DNA of 64,000 bases, taken from positions 868,001-932,000 of the forward strand of contig JAPETS010000005.1 in assembly GCA_026023565.1 (NCBI GenBank), read 5' to 3'. Under the pieces are notes generated by a model that saw nothing but the letters and a program-made list of their open reading frames with translations, ran no database searches and was not told where the DNA came from. The stretch comes from Cirrosporium novae-zelandiae (taxonomy: Eukaryota). The translations under genes and the position numbers were made by a program. Below are positions 11,089 to 23,338 of the stretch, one piece after another. Within the stretch, counting starts at the first letter, position 1. Each line of letters starts with the position of its first letter.

Positions 11089-11826
11089 TCACAACCAATC
11101 CACCACAACATTCTTCTCAACATACCTTTTCAGCTTTCGCAAACAAGTCGTCTTATGGCTTGCATTACAGGCTTCCGTCTCCACATGCTGAAACAGTCCA
11201 CTGACTTTAGTAAATGTCCTTTCACAACTAGGACATTCGAGAGGGGAGCTGGAGTCGAATGAACGGTAGTTATGGCTCCCGCAATAGTCGAGAGCATAAG
11301 CGAGGACAGAACCCTTGGAGATTCCGCAGCGACAGGTTCCGGCCTCGAGATGAATGAACATGGAAGAGATTGTTGGGAATGTTCGGGTGCAGCCATAGCA
11401 TTCAAGTGTTCGAGGTCTATGGGTGACTTTGTGCTATTACAAGCACTCTAGTTAGAGATCCATTGGAGAATGAGAGGGAAATGAGGGATGACTTGGACAT
11501 ACAGCTCGGAGATTATCATAGGAATCGAAGCAGCGTGAGCAGGTTACGCACATATTGTGCTCAGTAATATTGTGGTCTCTCAGGTCTTCATCGTCAGAAA
11601 AGTCGAGATAACATTTCTTGCACAAATTATGGCGAGAGGAAGCATTAAGGTGAGTTTCCCGGGCAGCTTTAGATACGAACAAACGTGTGCAACGGGAGCA
11701 CCAAAAGTGGACAGCAGAATCTCGATAATGCTGAAACAACGCATGAGAATTTATAAAATAGCGCTCGCACGTCGTGCAATACTCTGCTTCATCTTCATCA
11801 CTATCGTAGCCGTAGATGTACGGCAT
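11089..11826 (-). CDS. C2H2 zinc-finger protein (2 exons)
   Basis: Repeated CxxC..F..L..H..H units (CTTCERYF, CSRCTRLF, CKKCYLDF, CVTCSRCF, CYGCTRTF, CPSCERTF) and the family motifs HLEAGTC and LFQHVET. Intron at ~11437-11502. Confidence 0.85.
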
Positions 11827-12380
11827 TGTGAACAGCGGGGTGTTTAAAAGAATTATTTGTTAGAAGCAATATCTGAAAACAAGATGCGGTTTTCAGTTAT
11901 TCACAGATGAATGCGATATGCCTTCTAGTACTAGCTTCATGGAAGATTAAATATGTGGTTGGTGGATCATTGTTAGATCAACACTGGAAAAGACTGGAAG
12001 GTCTGAAGATATACTAGGGTGTCTCGCTTATATTACCCGATTCAGCTTAAAAGCCAGGTAATCCAATTCAATTTCGAGGAGTTAACTGTGGAAAACAGTT
12101 CAAGCGGCTGAAATTTACGGAGATTAAGTTGTCACCTTGGTGGAAACGAATGCGCCTTATCAATGAATTGGTTGGATAATTCCCAACTTCGCCCGAGGGT
12201 AAGAACTTTACTCAAAAAATCTCTTGTAAGAGAGCAACAAGTTCCCCATACTATCATTAAGACATTGAATGCTACTTATTTCAGGTTGATTTCTTTTAAT
12301 CCCGATGCTATACTATGATTGGCCCTATGCACTTCTTTGTTATAATATATTTTAGAAAGCTTTTTCAAGTACATACATGA

Positions 12381-14357
12381 TCAAGATCTTCCAAATCCAA
12401 ACCATCCCCTTTTCTGCGCTGGTTTTTGCTCATCCTTCTTATCTTCTGCTGGGTTTGCTTCCTCCAAACCATTCTTACCCCTCCCTGGATAATCAATATA
12501 GGTCCATGCCACATCAAAGAATAATGGCTTGACCGGAATAGGTGTAAGTTTTGGCGGCCAAGTCACCAGATTGGCTGGATCGACTTTCCCATCGGATGGG
12601 TATTCTTGTAGAGAATTAACCAATGGAGATTGCATTACCGTATTATTGGCCTGCTTGTTCGAAGGTTTTGCAGCAAGGGAGGAGATTTCAACGAGCGCAT
12701 GATGTTTGCAAACGAGGTCTTGGAGCAATTGATTTAGGAAAGAGGCATGAGAGTGCGTCACCTCGAGCTTTGGAGGTGAATCAGCTCCCATGGGAGAGGA
12801 TTGGAGGGACGAGAGGCAGGTTTTTGAGAGATCAGAAGCATGAGCGAAAAGTGCAAGAGCATTTTTCTCGTTCAAGGAGATGAGATGAGAGCGGCCGATA
12901 GCTAGGCATCTACAAACTGGACGTAAGCACATTACCCAACACCACAAAATTCCAATTCAACATACCTTTGGGCTTGAAAATAAGCACGCTTGCCATCCAG
13001 TTCTGTCACGAAGGCAGTGTCGGCTGCTACACCTGGCAACTCTTTTACATCATCTATACTTTGGATAATGCCGTTATATAACACAAGCCGTTCGCGCAAT
13101 CTTGCCAATTTCTTCCCCTTTGCTTCTTCTTTCTCTGCCGGTGGGTTTCCGTCTTTTCGTACCTTTCGTTGTTTCCGATTTGTCTCATGCTCAAGTAGGG
13201 CTCCATCGTTGCTCCCACACAGAATGCGATTACGCCCAACTCTCCACTCTATCATGGCATAATTCACAGCTGTTCTGGTAACTTGCAAAGACTGCATCCT
13301 CTGATCCTCTGAAGCGACACCTTCGGCGGCAAGTTCATCGATTGCAGATTTTGTAGCATCTGCAGCATCTTGGCTGCAACCTATGACATTATCATAGGCC
13401 GCTGCTTTTTCTTGAAGGGAAAGCTCTTGAGATTGAGCCTCTTGTAGAAAATGAGATAATTGCGCTTCCGCTGCTGAAACAGATGCAAGACATTGCGCAA
13501 TGGATGCATCTTCAATGTTTACAGTTCGAGATCTCCATGAAATGGTTTTCAGTGCATCGCCTTGTTCGCTGGCCCCTTTCTTCACCCCTCCTGCTTCATT
13601 GTTCAAAGCATCCTGATCGAACTCTTTAATCGCCTCAACAAGCTGTGAGTCGGTGGTGGGAAAGAATTTCTGGGCAATTGTAGGAATCGCCAAGGTTCGT
13701 GGTAATCCATGTTGATAAGCTGCGTATCGTATGCTTGGCTCCACAGTATTGGAGAGTAAATTATTTGCAGAATCATTTTTGATAGCAATAGCAAGCACAG
13801 AATATATGACCCTTGCAGTTGAATAATGCTTAAGGCACTTCTCCCAGCTTTTTTTCTCAAAATCTACCGCACCCCAAAGAGAGGACGCATATGCTTGTGC
13901 TTCAAGGTAACCCGCATTAGCTGCTTGAGAGGAGTCCAGTTCTTTCACAAGGACGCATAGTTGTTCTGCATACAAAGCAGCTTGATGAAGTTTGGAGATT
14001 ATATGTGTCCTCGTGGATCCAGTAATGGAGGATGTTTCCGTTGAATGTGTAGACTTCATGTGCATGGCAAATGCCCAGGCACGTTCAGACTGAAGTAGGA
14101 GCAGGTGGGCATACCTAGATTTGGTAAGTCATGCTATTGCTGAGAAAAGGGTCCCAAGAAGCCTACTCATGATTGCGCGAGACATCTTCAGAGGTTATTG
14201 GTTCCTTGGGCGTGTACTTTCGGCCTTTTGGAGTTGTACAACCAAGCTTCCTGCGAACTTTGAGTAGGCGGCGGGACAATTGCTGGTGATAGGAATTATA
14301 GTCTCCTAGGAGTAATGCACTTTCTCTGTGCCCTGCGACGAAGGTTGTAATATCCAT
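12381..14357 (-). CDS. SRP68: Signal recognition particle subunit SRP68 (3 exons)
   Basis: MDITTFV..LLLGDYNSYHQQLSRRLLKVRRKLG; LLQSERAWAFAMHMKS; VEPSIRYAAYQ; C-terminal PIPVKPLFFDVAWTYIDYP...KRGWFGFGR. Confidence 0.93.
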
Positions 14358-14878
14358 TGTAGACTTTGATGGTACAAGGATTGTTTTGCTGCGGGCCAAC
14401 TTTCTGTAAGTTATTATCTTGGTTTGTGGGGCAGCGAATATTTCAGCCTGAGGCATCGATGACTATACCCTTTGAGTTTCCGTTGGCCGACAGTAGGACC
14501 AATTTTTAGCTTAAGCATGTACTATACACTCTAATATAATGTCCTCACCTTCTTCTTTCCACACTCACCTCTCCACTCCTTAACGGTGCCATCGGATGGC
14601 AAAAAGACGTCGCCTCTCCTATCTGAGATAATTTCCTTCGAATTTTTTAAACGTGAGAGGGTGGTGCGGGTATTCAACCCTCGGCTATACTGGACATCCC
14701 GAACAACCTTGCCAAACTTCTTTTATGACTGAAGAGTTATCCGTTATCTCCTATATCTAATTTCCGTCATTATAATACTTCCCGCCAAATTTAGGAGATA
14801 GAAGAGGGCTATAACATACTCGATGCGTATTGTCATACTACTGCAGACTTGAGAGGTCAAAGAAAGCTGTACAAGGGC

Positions 14879-17800
14879 ATGCTAGAGCGAGCAGCAGGGC
14901 ACCTGGAAAATGGAGCTCGATGCTGCATGCGCATCCCGAGAGGGTCAGCACGCAGTCGTGGGGCACTCCAACCCCATTTCTGGTATAATGGAGCAGATGG
15001 TGTTGATCTCCCGACTTGGTGGAAATTCTTGTGGCGGCAGCAAAATATTCAATCAGATAAACCCCGAAGAATACCGAAGAGACGCCCACATCAGACCCAA
15101 GGGTGTCCTTCAGACAATCTCGTCTTTCTTGATTTCCTCTATCCCAAACAGGCTTTAGCTGTATTTGAGCGTGTCTCTATAGCAGCTTTAGAACGACCTC
15201 CGCCCGATGTAATTAGAAAACAGAGTGGGCACAAGCACAGGAACTATAGTTCATACGCTCCTGATAACGTCAGGGACTCTAAAGACCGACAAAACTCAAG
15301 CCCTGAAAATCAGTCTTCTAATACCACTGCGGATGACCAGCTACAACCGCTCAGAGAACCCAATCCGGGACACGGGACAACGCATAAGGACATTGTTTCA
15401 TCATTTTCAGACCATGGTCTTGCTAATTCTAACCCTTCAATGTCAACTTCAGATGAGCCGTATGCTCCATCTGATAGGAGTATCCATGTTTTGCCTGAGT
15501 CTCCTGACGATGAGGTGGAAAATCCAGAAGTCAAGCACTACCTTAGCCCAAAAGTCGCGTTTACTCTATTACAAGAGCGTTTAGGCTCCTCCAAACACAA
15601 AGATGAATATGAAGAAATATGGCAACTCTTCTCCCATGCCCAAACCCTGGTTGATGATATAGCTAAGGATAAGGTCATCAAGTATCTGAGCCGCTCCGCA
15701 CGGTCGGTGGATGCTCAACGATCTATCAATATTTTCAAATCCATGTCACGTCCTTTAGATGGAGAGTTTTGGGACGACTCCTCTATTTCTATTTTGTATA
15801 GACATGCTATCACAGCATGCATCCGGATCGATGATAGTGCTTCGGCATTCGCATTTGACAAAGAATTCCGAACCCTTACTGGGAAGGACTCTCAACAGTC
15901 TTTTGCAACAGATTTATTACTACCCTATGCTATTCAGCGAGAAGATTGGACTGCTGCCCAGGCCGTATATCGACTCTACCTTACTGACGATCAATGGAAT
16001 AAGATTCTAAGCGCTAAATACCCTATACATACAATACAAAAATTAGCTGACTATGTTTCCAACGAGCTTTCCAACGAGCTTTCCAACGAGCTCTCGTCAG
16101 CCGTTAAAGATTATGCTTTCTTTAGGAGCTTCGTGCTGAAGTATGCGAGGTTCTTGCAGAAGTCATCTTTAATCACATCTTTCACTGAAGACGAGATCAA
16201 ACGCCTACTCCAAGTTTATGACAAATTAGTCGGAAATGATAGGAAGTCGGCTGTATATCGGTACCGGATAATGTCAGAACTCATGGAACATGGTAAAGGC
16301 TGGATAGCACAGCGCTTGTACCTAGCTCATCGAGGGGAAGAAGTAAAAAAGCCAAAATCAGAACCAACAATGCCGCTTCTAGGGGCTTTGTTAAGTCACT
16401 TCATATCGAAAAAGAATACGAGATGCATTAATTTCGTTCTGGAAGACTTTACCAAATTTCACAAGCATCCAGATGTACAAGCCTATACTGCTGCTCTTGG
16501 TTATTTTTCCCGCATTGGCGACGTGGAAGGAGTTAAACGGGTTTTTGAAGACTATCGCTCGCATCTCGGTGACCCGACTGAATTACATATTATATCGCCG
16601 TTGTTATATGTTTATAACAGAAGAGGCGATGTCGCTAATACCATCAAAGAATTTAACAGAATCTCTTCCGAATTCCATCTAGTCCCTAATATCGTTTGCT
16701 GGAATATTGTCCTTGGGGTTTATGCTAGAGTGGAAGATATTCGTAGTGCATATGAATGCTTCCAAAAGATGAGGGAAGCAGACATCGATCCTGATTCCTA
16801 CACTATTAGCACTCTTGCATACCTTTGTGCCGGCAGGGGGGACGTGGAAGGCGTACAGGAGTTATTGGATATCGCTAAACAAAAGGCCATCCCATCAAAT
16901 TCACATTTTGTTAATGCTCTTGTCCGAGCGCTTTGTGAAGTTGGAGACCCCGAAACGGCCGAACAGGTTGCAAGTGCCACCTTGGACGAAGCAAAGCCTT
17001 ATGAGAAAACTATGATATGGAATACTATTCTTTATTCTTATACTCTTAGGAATGATGGTTATGGATTTGAGCGAGTCCAACGAAATATGCGTGAGAATGG
17101 GGTATTGTTTGATAACGTGACTTATGCTTCGGTCTTACAGATGTTAGTCAACCAAAGGAATGTAGATATGGCTTACAGGGTCCTCCGAAAAGACATGCCA
17201 AAAGATAAAGTGCCTGTCACCGGCCATCATTACGCCATAATCATGTCAGGGCTCCTGATGAGAGACAATCCTCCCCTTGTTTTTTATGCCTACAAGCGCA
17301 TGTTGCGACGATCGATTTTACCAAGTTTCGAAACCAAGATGGCTTTACTTGGGGCTGCGGCAGCATATGAACATCAAAGACATCCCCTCCATGGTTTGAA
17401 GCAAACAGAAAAAATTCTAGAAGATTTCCTATCGCAACTGAATCCTGCCGAGGCGATCCAGGAGATGCCACGACGAACAGTCGGTGGAGTGCCCCCAAAC
17501 CAAGGCTATCCCGCCATGCTGTTTCAGCCTTTAATATTCGCCCATGCGAAACTGAGGCATTTCGGCAAAGTCATGGCCCTCCTCAATCGGTCCATCGAGG
17601 TAACCCGTCAACACTCTCCTGGTGAACCTATGCAACCTCTTCAACTTATCACCAGTGTTATGGCAGTTCTTTTCAACGAGAAACTATTCAAAGAATTATT
17701 CCTGTGTTGGGAAATAGTCCTTAAAGCGGCCAAAGATTCAATTCTCACCTGGAGTGATATATCTGCTCTTCAAAACTCCGACGAGGTTGATATTAATAGC

Positions 17801-18307
17801 CCAGCTGCACTCTCCCATCGCTATATTCTTTCTACAGCATTCAACTACGTCCTACTCTCTTGCGGCGCAAAGGGTCGTTATACCAATATCGCCCATGAAA
17901 TAGCGCGTCTCAAACGCAATGGGTTTGACCTTGACAATCGCAATTGGAACGTTTACATCGAAGTCCTATCCAAGTCTGCGTCGCTCCAACACAAAATGCG
18001 CGCCTTTGAACTTTGTGAATCGAAATTGGTCTCCAACTGGGCTGGATGGCGCAAGCCTCCAGGAAAGCGTATAACAAAACATATTGAGAAGAGCATGACG
18101 GATCTACAGCCTTGGAGACTGGCACCTACCTACCGAACGATGGTGAAACTGGCAAGTGTCCTCATGAATCTTAGGGTTGAAGGACACGATGACGATGGAG
18201 AAGTAATGTTATGGCTAAGACAACATGCATGGAGGACAATGATGGCTGTTATGGCGATGCCGAGGGTCGATGATGCATATCAGAGTAAATGGTTGAGCCA
18301 GTGGTAG
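14879..18307 (+). CDS. cya5: Mitochondrial PPR protein, COX1 translation factor CYA5/PET309-like
   Basis: Single 1142-aa exon with N-terminal MLERAAGHLE and FLDFLYP motifs, tandem PPR motifs (PNIVCWNIVLGVYARVED, PDSYTISTLAYLCAGRGD) and a C-terminal P.YRTMVKLA motif. Confidence 0.85.
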   Translation: MLERAAGHLENGARCCMRIPRGSARSRGALQPHFWYNGADGVDLPTWWKFLWRQQNIQSDKPRRIPKRRPHQTQGCPSDNLVFLDFLYPKQALAVFERVSIAALERPPPDVIRKQSGHKHRNYSSYAPDNVRDSKDRQNSSPENQSSNTTADDQLQPLREPNPGHGTTHKDIVSSFSDHGLANSNPSMSTSDEPYAPSDRSIHVLPESPDDEVENPEVKHYLSPKVAFTLLQERLGSSKHKDEYEEIWQLFSHAQTLVDDIAKDKVIKYLSRSARSVDAQRSINIFKSMSRPLDGEFWDDSSISILYRHAITACIRIDDSASAFAFDKEFRTLTGKDSQQSFATDLLLPYAIQREDWTAAQAVYRLYLTDDQWNKILSAKYPIHTIQKLADYVSNELSNELSNELSSAVKDYAFFRSFVLKYARFLQKSSLITSFTEDEIKRLLQVYDKLVGNDRKSAVYRYRIMSELMEHGKGWIAQRLYLAHRGEEVKKPKSEPTMPLLGALLSHFISKKNTRCINFVLEDFTKFHKHPDVQAYTAALGYFSRIGDVEGVKRVFEDYRSHLGDPTELHIISPLLYVYNRRGDVANTIKEFNRISSEFHLVPNIVCWNIVLGVYARVEDIRSAYECFQKMREADIDPDSYTISTLAYLCAGRGDVEGVQELLDIAKQKAIPSNSHFVNALVRALCEVGDPETAEQVASATLDEAKPYEKTMIWNTILYSYTLRNDGYGFERVQRNMRENGVLFDNVTYASVLQMLVNQRNVDMAYRVLRKDMPKDKVPVTGHHYAIIMSGLLMRDNPPLVFYAYKRMLRRSILPSFETKMALLGAAAAYEHQRHPLHGLKQTEKILEDFLSQLNPAEAIQEMPRRTVGGVPPNQGYPAMLFQPLIFAHAKLRHFGKVMALLNRSIEVTRQHSPGEPMQPLQLITSVMAVLFNEKLFKELFLCWEIVLKAAKDSILTWSDISALQNSDEVDINSPAALSHRYILSTAFNYVLLSCGAKGRYTNIAHEIARLKRNGFDLDNRNWNVYIEVLSKSASLQHKMRAFELCESKLVSNWAGWRKPPGKRITKHIEKSMTDLQPWRLAPTYRTMVKLASVLMNLRVEGHDDDGEVMLWLRQHAWRTMMAVMAMPRVDDAYQSKWLSQW
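16058..16093 (+). repeat. 12-bp coding tandem repeat (SNEL x3)
   Basis: TCCAACGAGCTT repeated three times in frame. Confidence 0.85.
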
Positions 18308-19359
18308 TCCTGAAGTGTTAGCTAGACTAAAATCTAAGTACCCTTTCCACTCTTACCATCTGTGATGATGGCGAGATGGCGAACTTGCGGTCGTTATTCA
18401 TACAAGGGATAGACTGGTTGGTGAGGTGGTTTTGTATTGTGGTCTTCCTCCCTAATAGTAGATACCCTGTATGATAACTGCAGGATATACGCTGTACTCC
18501 CACAACGACGTAACATATACGCACCATGTATGTATGTATTAGTTTGCCCTAACGTCTTCCTTATTTGGAATAGCATGGACGCCTTATCTAATAGGATATT
18601 AAATGCCTCAGGCATCACATCTACTCTCTTCTCCAATCCTTGAGATAATTGTCAACCACAAACTAAATCTCCCAACTCCCAAGCATCTGCAACTTCATTT
18701 TGTTTCAAACCTCCAGTCACAGCTGGAATTTTTCCGAATCAACTTCCGGGCGGGCACATATTCCAGCCAGCTTCACTTTGTCACAATGCAACATTAATTC
18801 GGATATATCTCATTCGCCAAGCGCAACTCCAAACTCGTTCTAGACTACAGTGGTTGAAATTTCCCCGAAGTTCCCCAACCCCGGATTTAGTAAAAGGACC
18901 AAGGCTCCCCAGTTTTATCTGGATGGAAAGATGCTTAACCTATTAAGTACTTGTGGCCTCTCATGTACCTACGTACTCCCACATCTATCTCCGCACAATG
19001 GCACCGGATTATTTATTCCGTGCCAACACTGCCAGTTACACATGCGAAGTCTCAAATCATGGCATTGGAAAGACCCATTACTACGTATCTATTTGGCTTG
19101 TTCGCAATTCAGCCCCAGGTAACTGCACCACCGGGATCACATTCAACTTGGAGATGCCCACAGGTACTCTACAGGCCATTGCATCCTTGCTTCAACGTGC
19201 TCCGACTTAATTATTTTCCCGATTTCCCCATAATTTGATCCATCCATCTGACCGTCTTACTTTTTTGAGGAGTTATGGAAACCTTTAAATACTTAGTAGG
19301 TGCTTCTCGGATTCTAAGAGCACTTCGATGGGAAATTCCTTCAAGAGCTTTCTGGGAAA

Positions 19360-22300
19360 ATGGCGTTAATCCGGAACGTCGTCCTCCAGGCTTTGCTTTT
19401 TACTTTAACTTGTTTGATTTCTAGCCAAGGAGCACTTTCTGAAAGTGATTCTGTTTCTCAATGGCCTCTGCATGACAATGGGTTGAACGAAGTTGTCCAA
19501 TGGGATCATTATAGCTTGGAAGTCAATGGAAAGAGGATCTTCATTTTCGCGGGCGAATTTCATTATTGGAGAGTCCCTGTGCCAGAACTATGGGAGGATA
19601 TCCTACAAAAAATAAAAGCTGCAGGGTGCAACGCATTCACATTCTATGCGCATTGGGGCTACCATCACCCAAACCCAGATACTCTTGACTTCAGCAATGG
19701 AGCTCATGATTTTACTAAGCTGTTCACAATTGCCAAGAAATTAGGACTATATGTTATCGTTAGGCCCGGCCCATATATAAATGCGGAAGCAAATGCTGGT
19801 GGGTATCCACTTTGGTTGACAACCGGCGACTACGGGACTCTTCGAAACAACGACACTCGATATACGGCAGCCTGGAAACCATACTTTGCCAAGGTCTCCG
19901 AAATCACGAGCAACTATCTGATCACGAATGGTGAGAATGCCATTGCCTACCAAATTGAAAATGAATACGGTAAACAATGGCTTTCTACATCAAAGAAGAC
20001 ACTCAACGAGTCTGCAAATGCCTATATGACGATGCTCGAAGAAATTGCTAGAGAAAATGGTATTGATATTCCACTGACTCACAATGACCCGAACATGAAT
20101 TCAAAGTCATGGTCAAAAGACTTTTCAAACTCGACAGGTAATGTTGATATTGCAGGACTCGATTCATATCCATCAGTAAGCCCTCGTCACCATATACAAA
20201 GCATCATTTGCTGATTGATAGATAGTGTTGGAGTTGCAATCTTGATGAATGCACAAGTACAAATGGCGAATATATGGCTTATAAGGTGGTGGCTTATTAT
20301 GACCACTTCCAAGAAGTGTCTCCCACCCAGCCTGAGTTCATGTTCGAGTTCCAAGGAGGCTCATATAATCCTTGGGGCGGACCTGAGGGTGGATGTCCAG
20401 AGGACACAGGTGCTGAATTTGCAAACCTCTTCTACAGACATAATGTTGCTCAGAGGATCACTGCTATGAACCTTTATATGTTCTACGGAGGAACCTCTTG
20501 GGGGTCATTTGCTGCACCCGTCGTGGGCACATCCTACGATTATTCGTCACCGATTTCCGAGGATCGGTCGATTGGTGACAAGTACTACGAAACAAAGAAT
20601 CTTGCGTTGTTCCTTCGAACTGCTCGAGATCTCACGATAGCGGATGTAGGGCAGAACAGTACGAATATGTCAACCAATTCTGCAATTCTTACAACTGAGC
20701 TTCGTAACCCTGATACTGATGCTGGGTTCTATGTCACCATTCATAGCAACTCTTCGTCATCTACCACAGATACCTTTAAGCTCACTGTCAACACTACTGC
20801 TGGAGAATTGACAGTACCCCAAAAGAGTGGCCACATCGTACTCGATGGACATCAATCTAAGATTATTGTGACAGATTTCACATTCGGCTCCCATAGTCTC
20901 CTATACTCCACGGCCGAAGTTCTTTCCTCCTCTATTACAGACAATAGCACTTCCATATTAGCTTTATGGGTCCCTACAAGCGAATCCGGGGAGTTCTTTA
21001 TAAAAGACACTAGTTCCGGAACTGTTGCAAAATGTGATGGCTGCTCAAATATTGGTTTCCACAAGGAAACTGGTGGCCTCCTGGTAACTTTTACGCAAAC
21101 GAAAGGCATGAGCATTCTATCTATAGACAGTGGCTCCATTCTAGTCATTCTTCTCGACAGAACATACGCGTATAAGTTCTGGGCCCCGGTCTTGACACTG
21201 GATCCTTTCGCTCCTGAGGATGAAATAAGTAAGCTACATTAACACACTTAGCCTAACTACTGACTAATATATCACCCAGTCCTCGTTCAAGGCCCCTACC
21301 TCGTCCGTGACGCCTCAATCAGTGGAAACACCATTGCCCTAACAGGTGACTCATCCAACACAACCGCAGTCACTGTCTTCGCCCCATCAAACGTCGGCTC
21401 AATCTCTTGGAACGGGAAGCTCCTCTCAACGAAAAGGACAGGCTATGGAGCCCTCATAGCAACTATTCCCGCCATCTCCACTACCTCCATCAATCTCCCC
21501 GCCCTCGACAACTGGAAAGCCCATGACAGCCTTCCAGAACGGCTGGAAACCTATGACGACTCTGGTCCTGCCTGGGTCGATGCAAATCACACCTCAACCC
21601 TCAACCCCGCGAAACCAGCCACATACCCTGTCCTCTACGCCGACGAATACGGCTTCCACAACGGGATCCACCTATGGCGCGGCAAGTTCAGCGGTCCTGC
21701 AAGCGGAGTATTCCTCAACGTCCAAGGCGGCACAGCCTTCGGATGGAGCGCCTGGCTCAATGGCATTTTCATCGGCTCCTTCCTTGGCTCCTCCTCCCTC
21801 ACAGCGGGCAATGCAACCCTCTCATTCGGAAACGCAACCGTATATACCAACACCACGAACACCCTCCTCGTAATCCAAGACAACACCGGCCACGACGAAA
21901 CAACAGGTGCCCTAAACCCCCGCGGCGTCCTTAACGCAACTCTCCTTTCCCCATCCTCCAAAAATATAACTTTCTCCTCCTGGAAAGTTGCCGGCACCGC
22001 CGGTGGTTCCACCTCCACCCTCCTAGACCCCATGCGCGGCGCCCTCGCCGAAGGCGGCCTCACCGCCGAACGGCTCGGCTGGCATCTCCCAGATTTCACC
22101 CCCAGCACAAACACAAACTGGACCACCTCTTCCCCAACCACCGGCTTCACGGAACCCGGCATCCGCTTCTACCGCACCACCTTCAACCTCTCCCTCCCCG
22201 CAACCGTAGACACATCCCTCGCATTCCGCCTCAGCGCCCCGGGAGCCCAGACTCTGCGGGCACAACTCTTCGTTAACGGATACCAGTACGGTCGGTTCAA

Positions 22301-22532
22301 TCCGTATATCGGCAGTCAGGTTTTGTTTCCGGTGCCGGTGGGCGTGTTGGATTATCGGGGGACTAATGTCGTGGGGTTGGCGGTTTGGGCGCAGACGGAG
22401 AAGGGAGCGAAGGTGGGTGTGGAGTTGGTGGAACAGTTTTGTGTTGGGAGTGGGTATGAGTGGGAAGGGGTGGTTAATGGGACTGAGTATTTGAGGCCCG
22501 GGTGGAGCGAGGAGAGGGAGGTTTATGTGTAA
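19360..22532 (+). CDS. lacB: Secreted GH35 beta-galactosidase (LacB-like, 3 exons)
   Basis: Signal peptide; [24 protein letters not shown] (acid/base); EFQGG (nucleophile); [16 protein letters not shown]-terminal jelly-roll domains ([10 protein letters not shown]). Introns at ~20175-20226 and ~21228-21279. Confidence 0.93.
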
Positions 22533-22758
22533 AATATATATATATATGGGTAGTCAAAGAATGATATACAATGCATACAGCTACGAAATGAAAAAGTAAG
22601 AGTATACAAAACATACAAAAACAAAACAATTTTTTTTTCATCACTTACCGGTTTTTAATATTATGGAGGTTTTTGGATGTCTTAAGTAATTACCTAGGTA
22701 ACCTACACTTACGTTAATTACCATGTAATTATGTTATTTTTGTTTGTTCATCTAGTCT

Positions 22759-23052
22759 TGTTTACGATTCCCTATTTGGTTAGACCACCAGGGCACATAA
22801 TTATATGCTCTAGGCTCACCTTATAAAGTGAGCCTTCTACCAGCGTTGTGAATAGACCAGTCCAAATAGACCGTCTACCTTAGACCGTCTATAGACCGAG
22901 CTTTTTGATAAACCGACCAGACCGACCCCCTTGGTCTGGTCGGTCTGGTCTATTCACAACACTGCCTTCTACCTTAGCTTAGAACTACCGCCAATACACA
23001 TATCACACGAAGTTACCCCTAGATAAGGCTCTTATCCTTAGGGGACGTAACA
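22759..23052. mobile_element. Solo LTR with 5-bp TSD (contains nested MITE)
   Basis: TGTTTACG...CGTAACA termini, AGTCT direct repeat at 22754-22758 and 23053-23057, and an internal TATAAA within a hairpin. Confidence 0.75.
22841..22964. mobile_element. hAT-type MITE, 124 bp, with 8-bp TSD
   Basis: TIRs CAGCGTTGTGAATAGACCAG / CTGGTCTATTCACAACACTG (19/20 match) and TSD CCTTCTAC at 22833-22840 and 22965-22972. Confidence 0.9.
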
Positions 23053-23338
23053 AGTCTACTGTAGTTTATATTTTTTAAACTTTTCTGTTTTTATTTCTTG
23101 CCTTCCTAATCAAACTAAACTAATTAGCTATTGGGGGATTGATTCCGAAAGGGAGATGTTAGATGCATTTGTCCGAGAAGAAAGATGAATTTATGAAAGT
23201 TTGACTCCATGCTTCATAATCTCCCTTGATGAGAATTTAGCTTCTCAGTTGTCCATGTCCCGTATATGGAGTTTCTTTTTTTATGTTTGTTTGAATATCT
23301 CCTGTGTATCCTTCTGTTTGGAAGCTTCTTCAAGGAAC

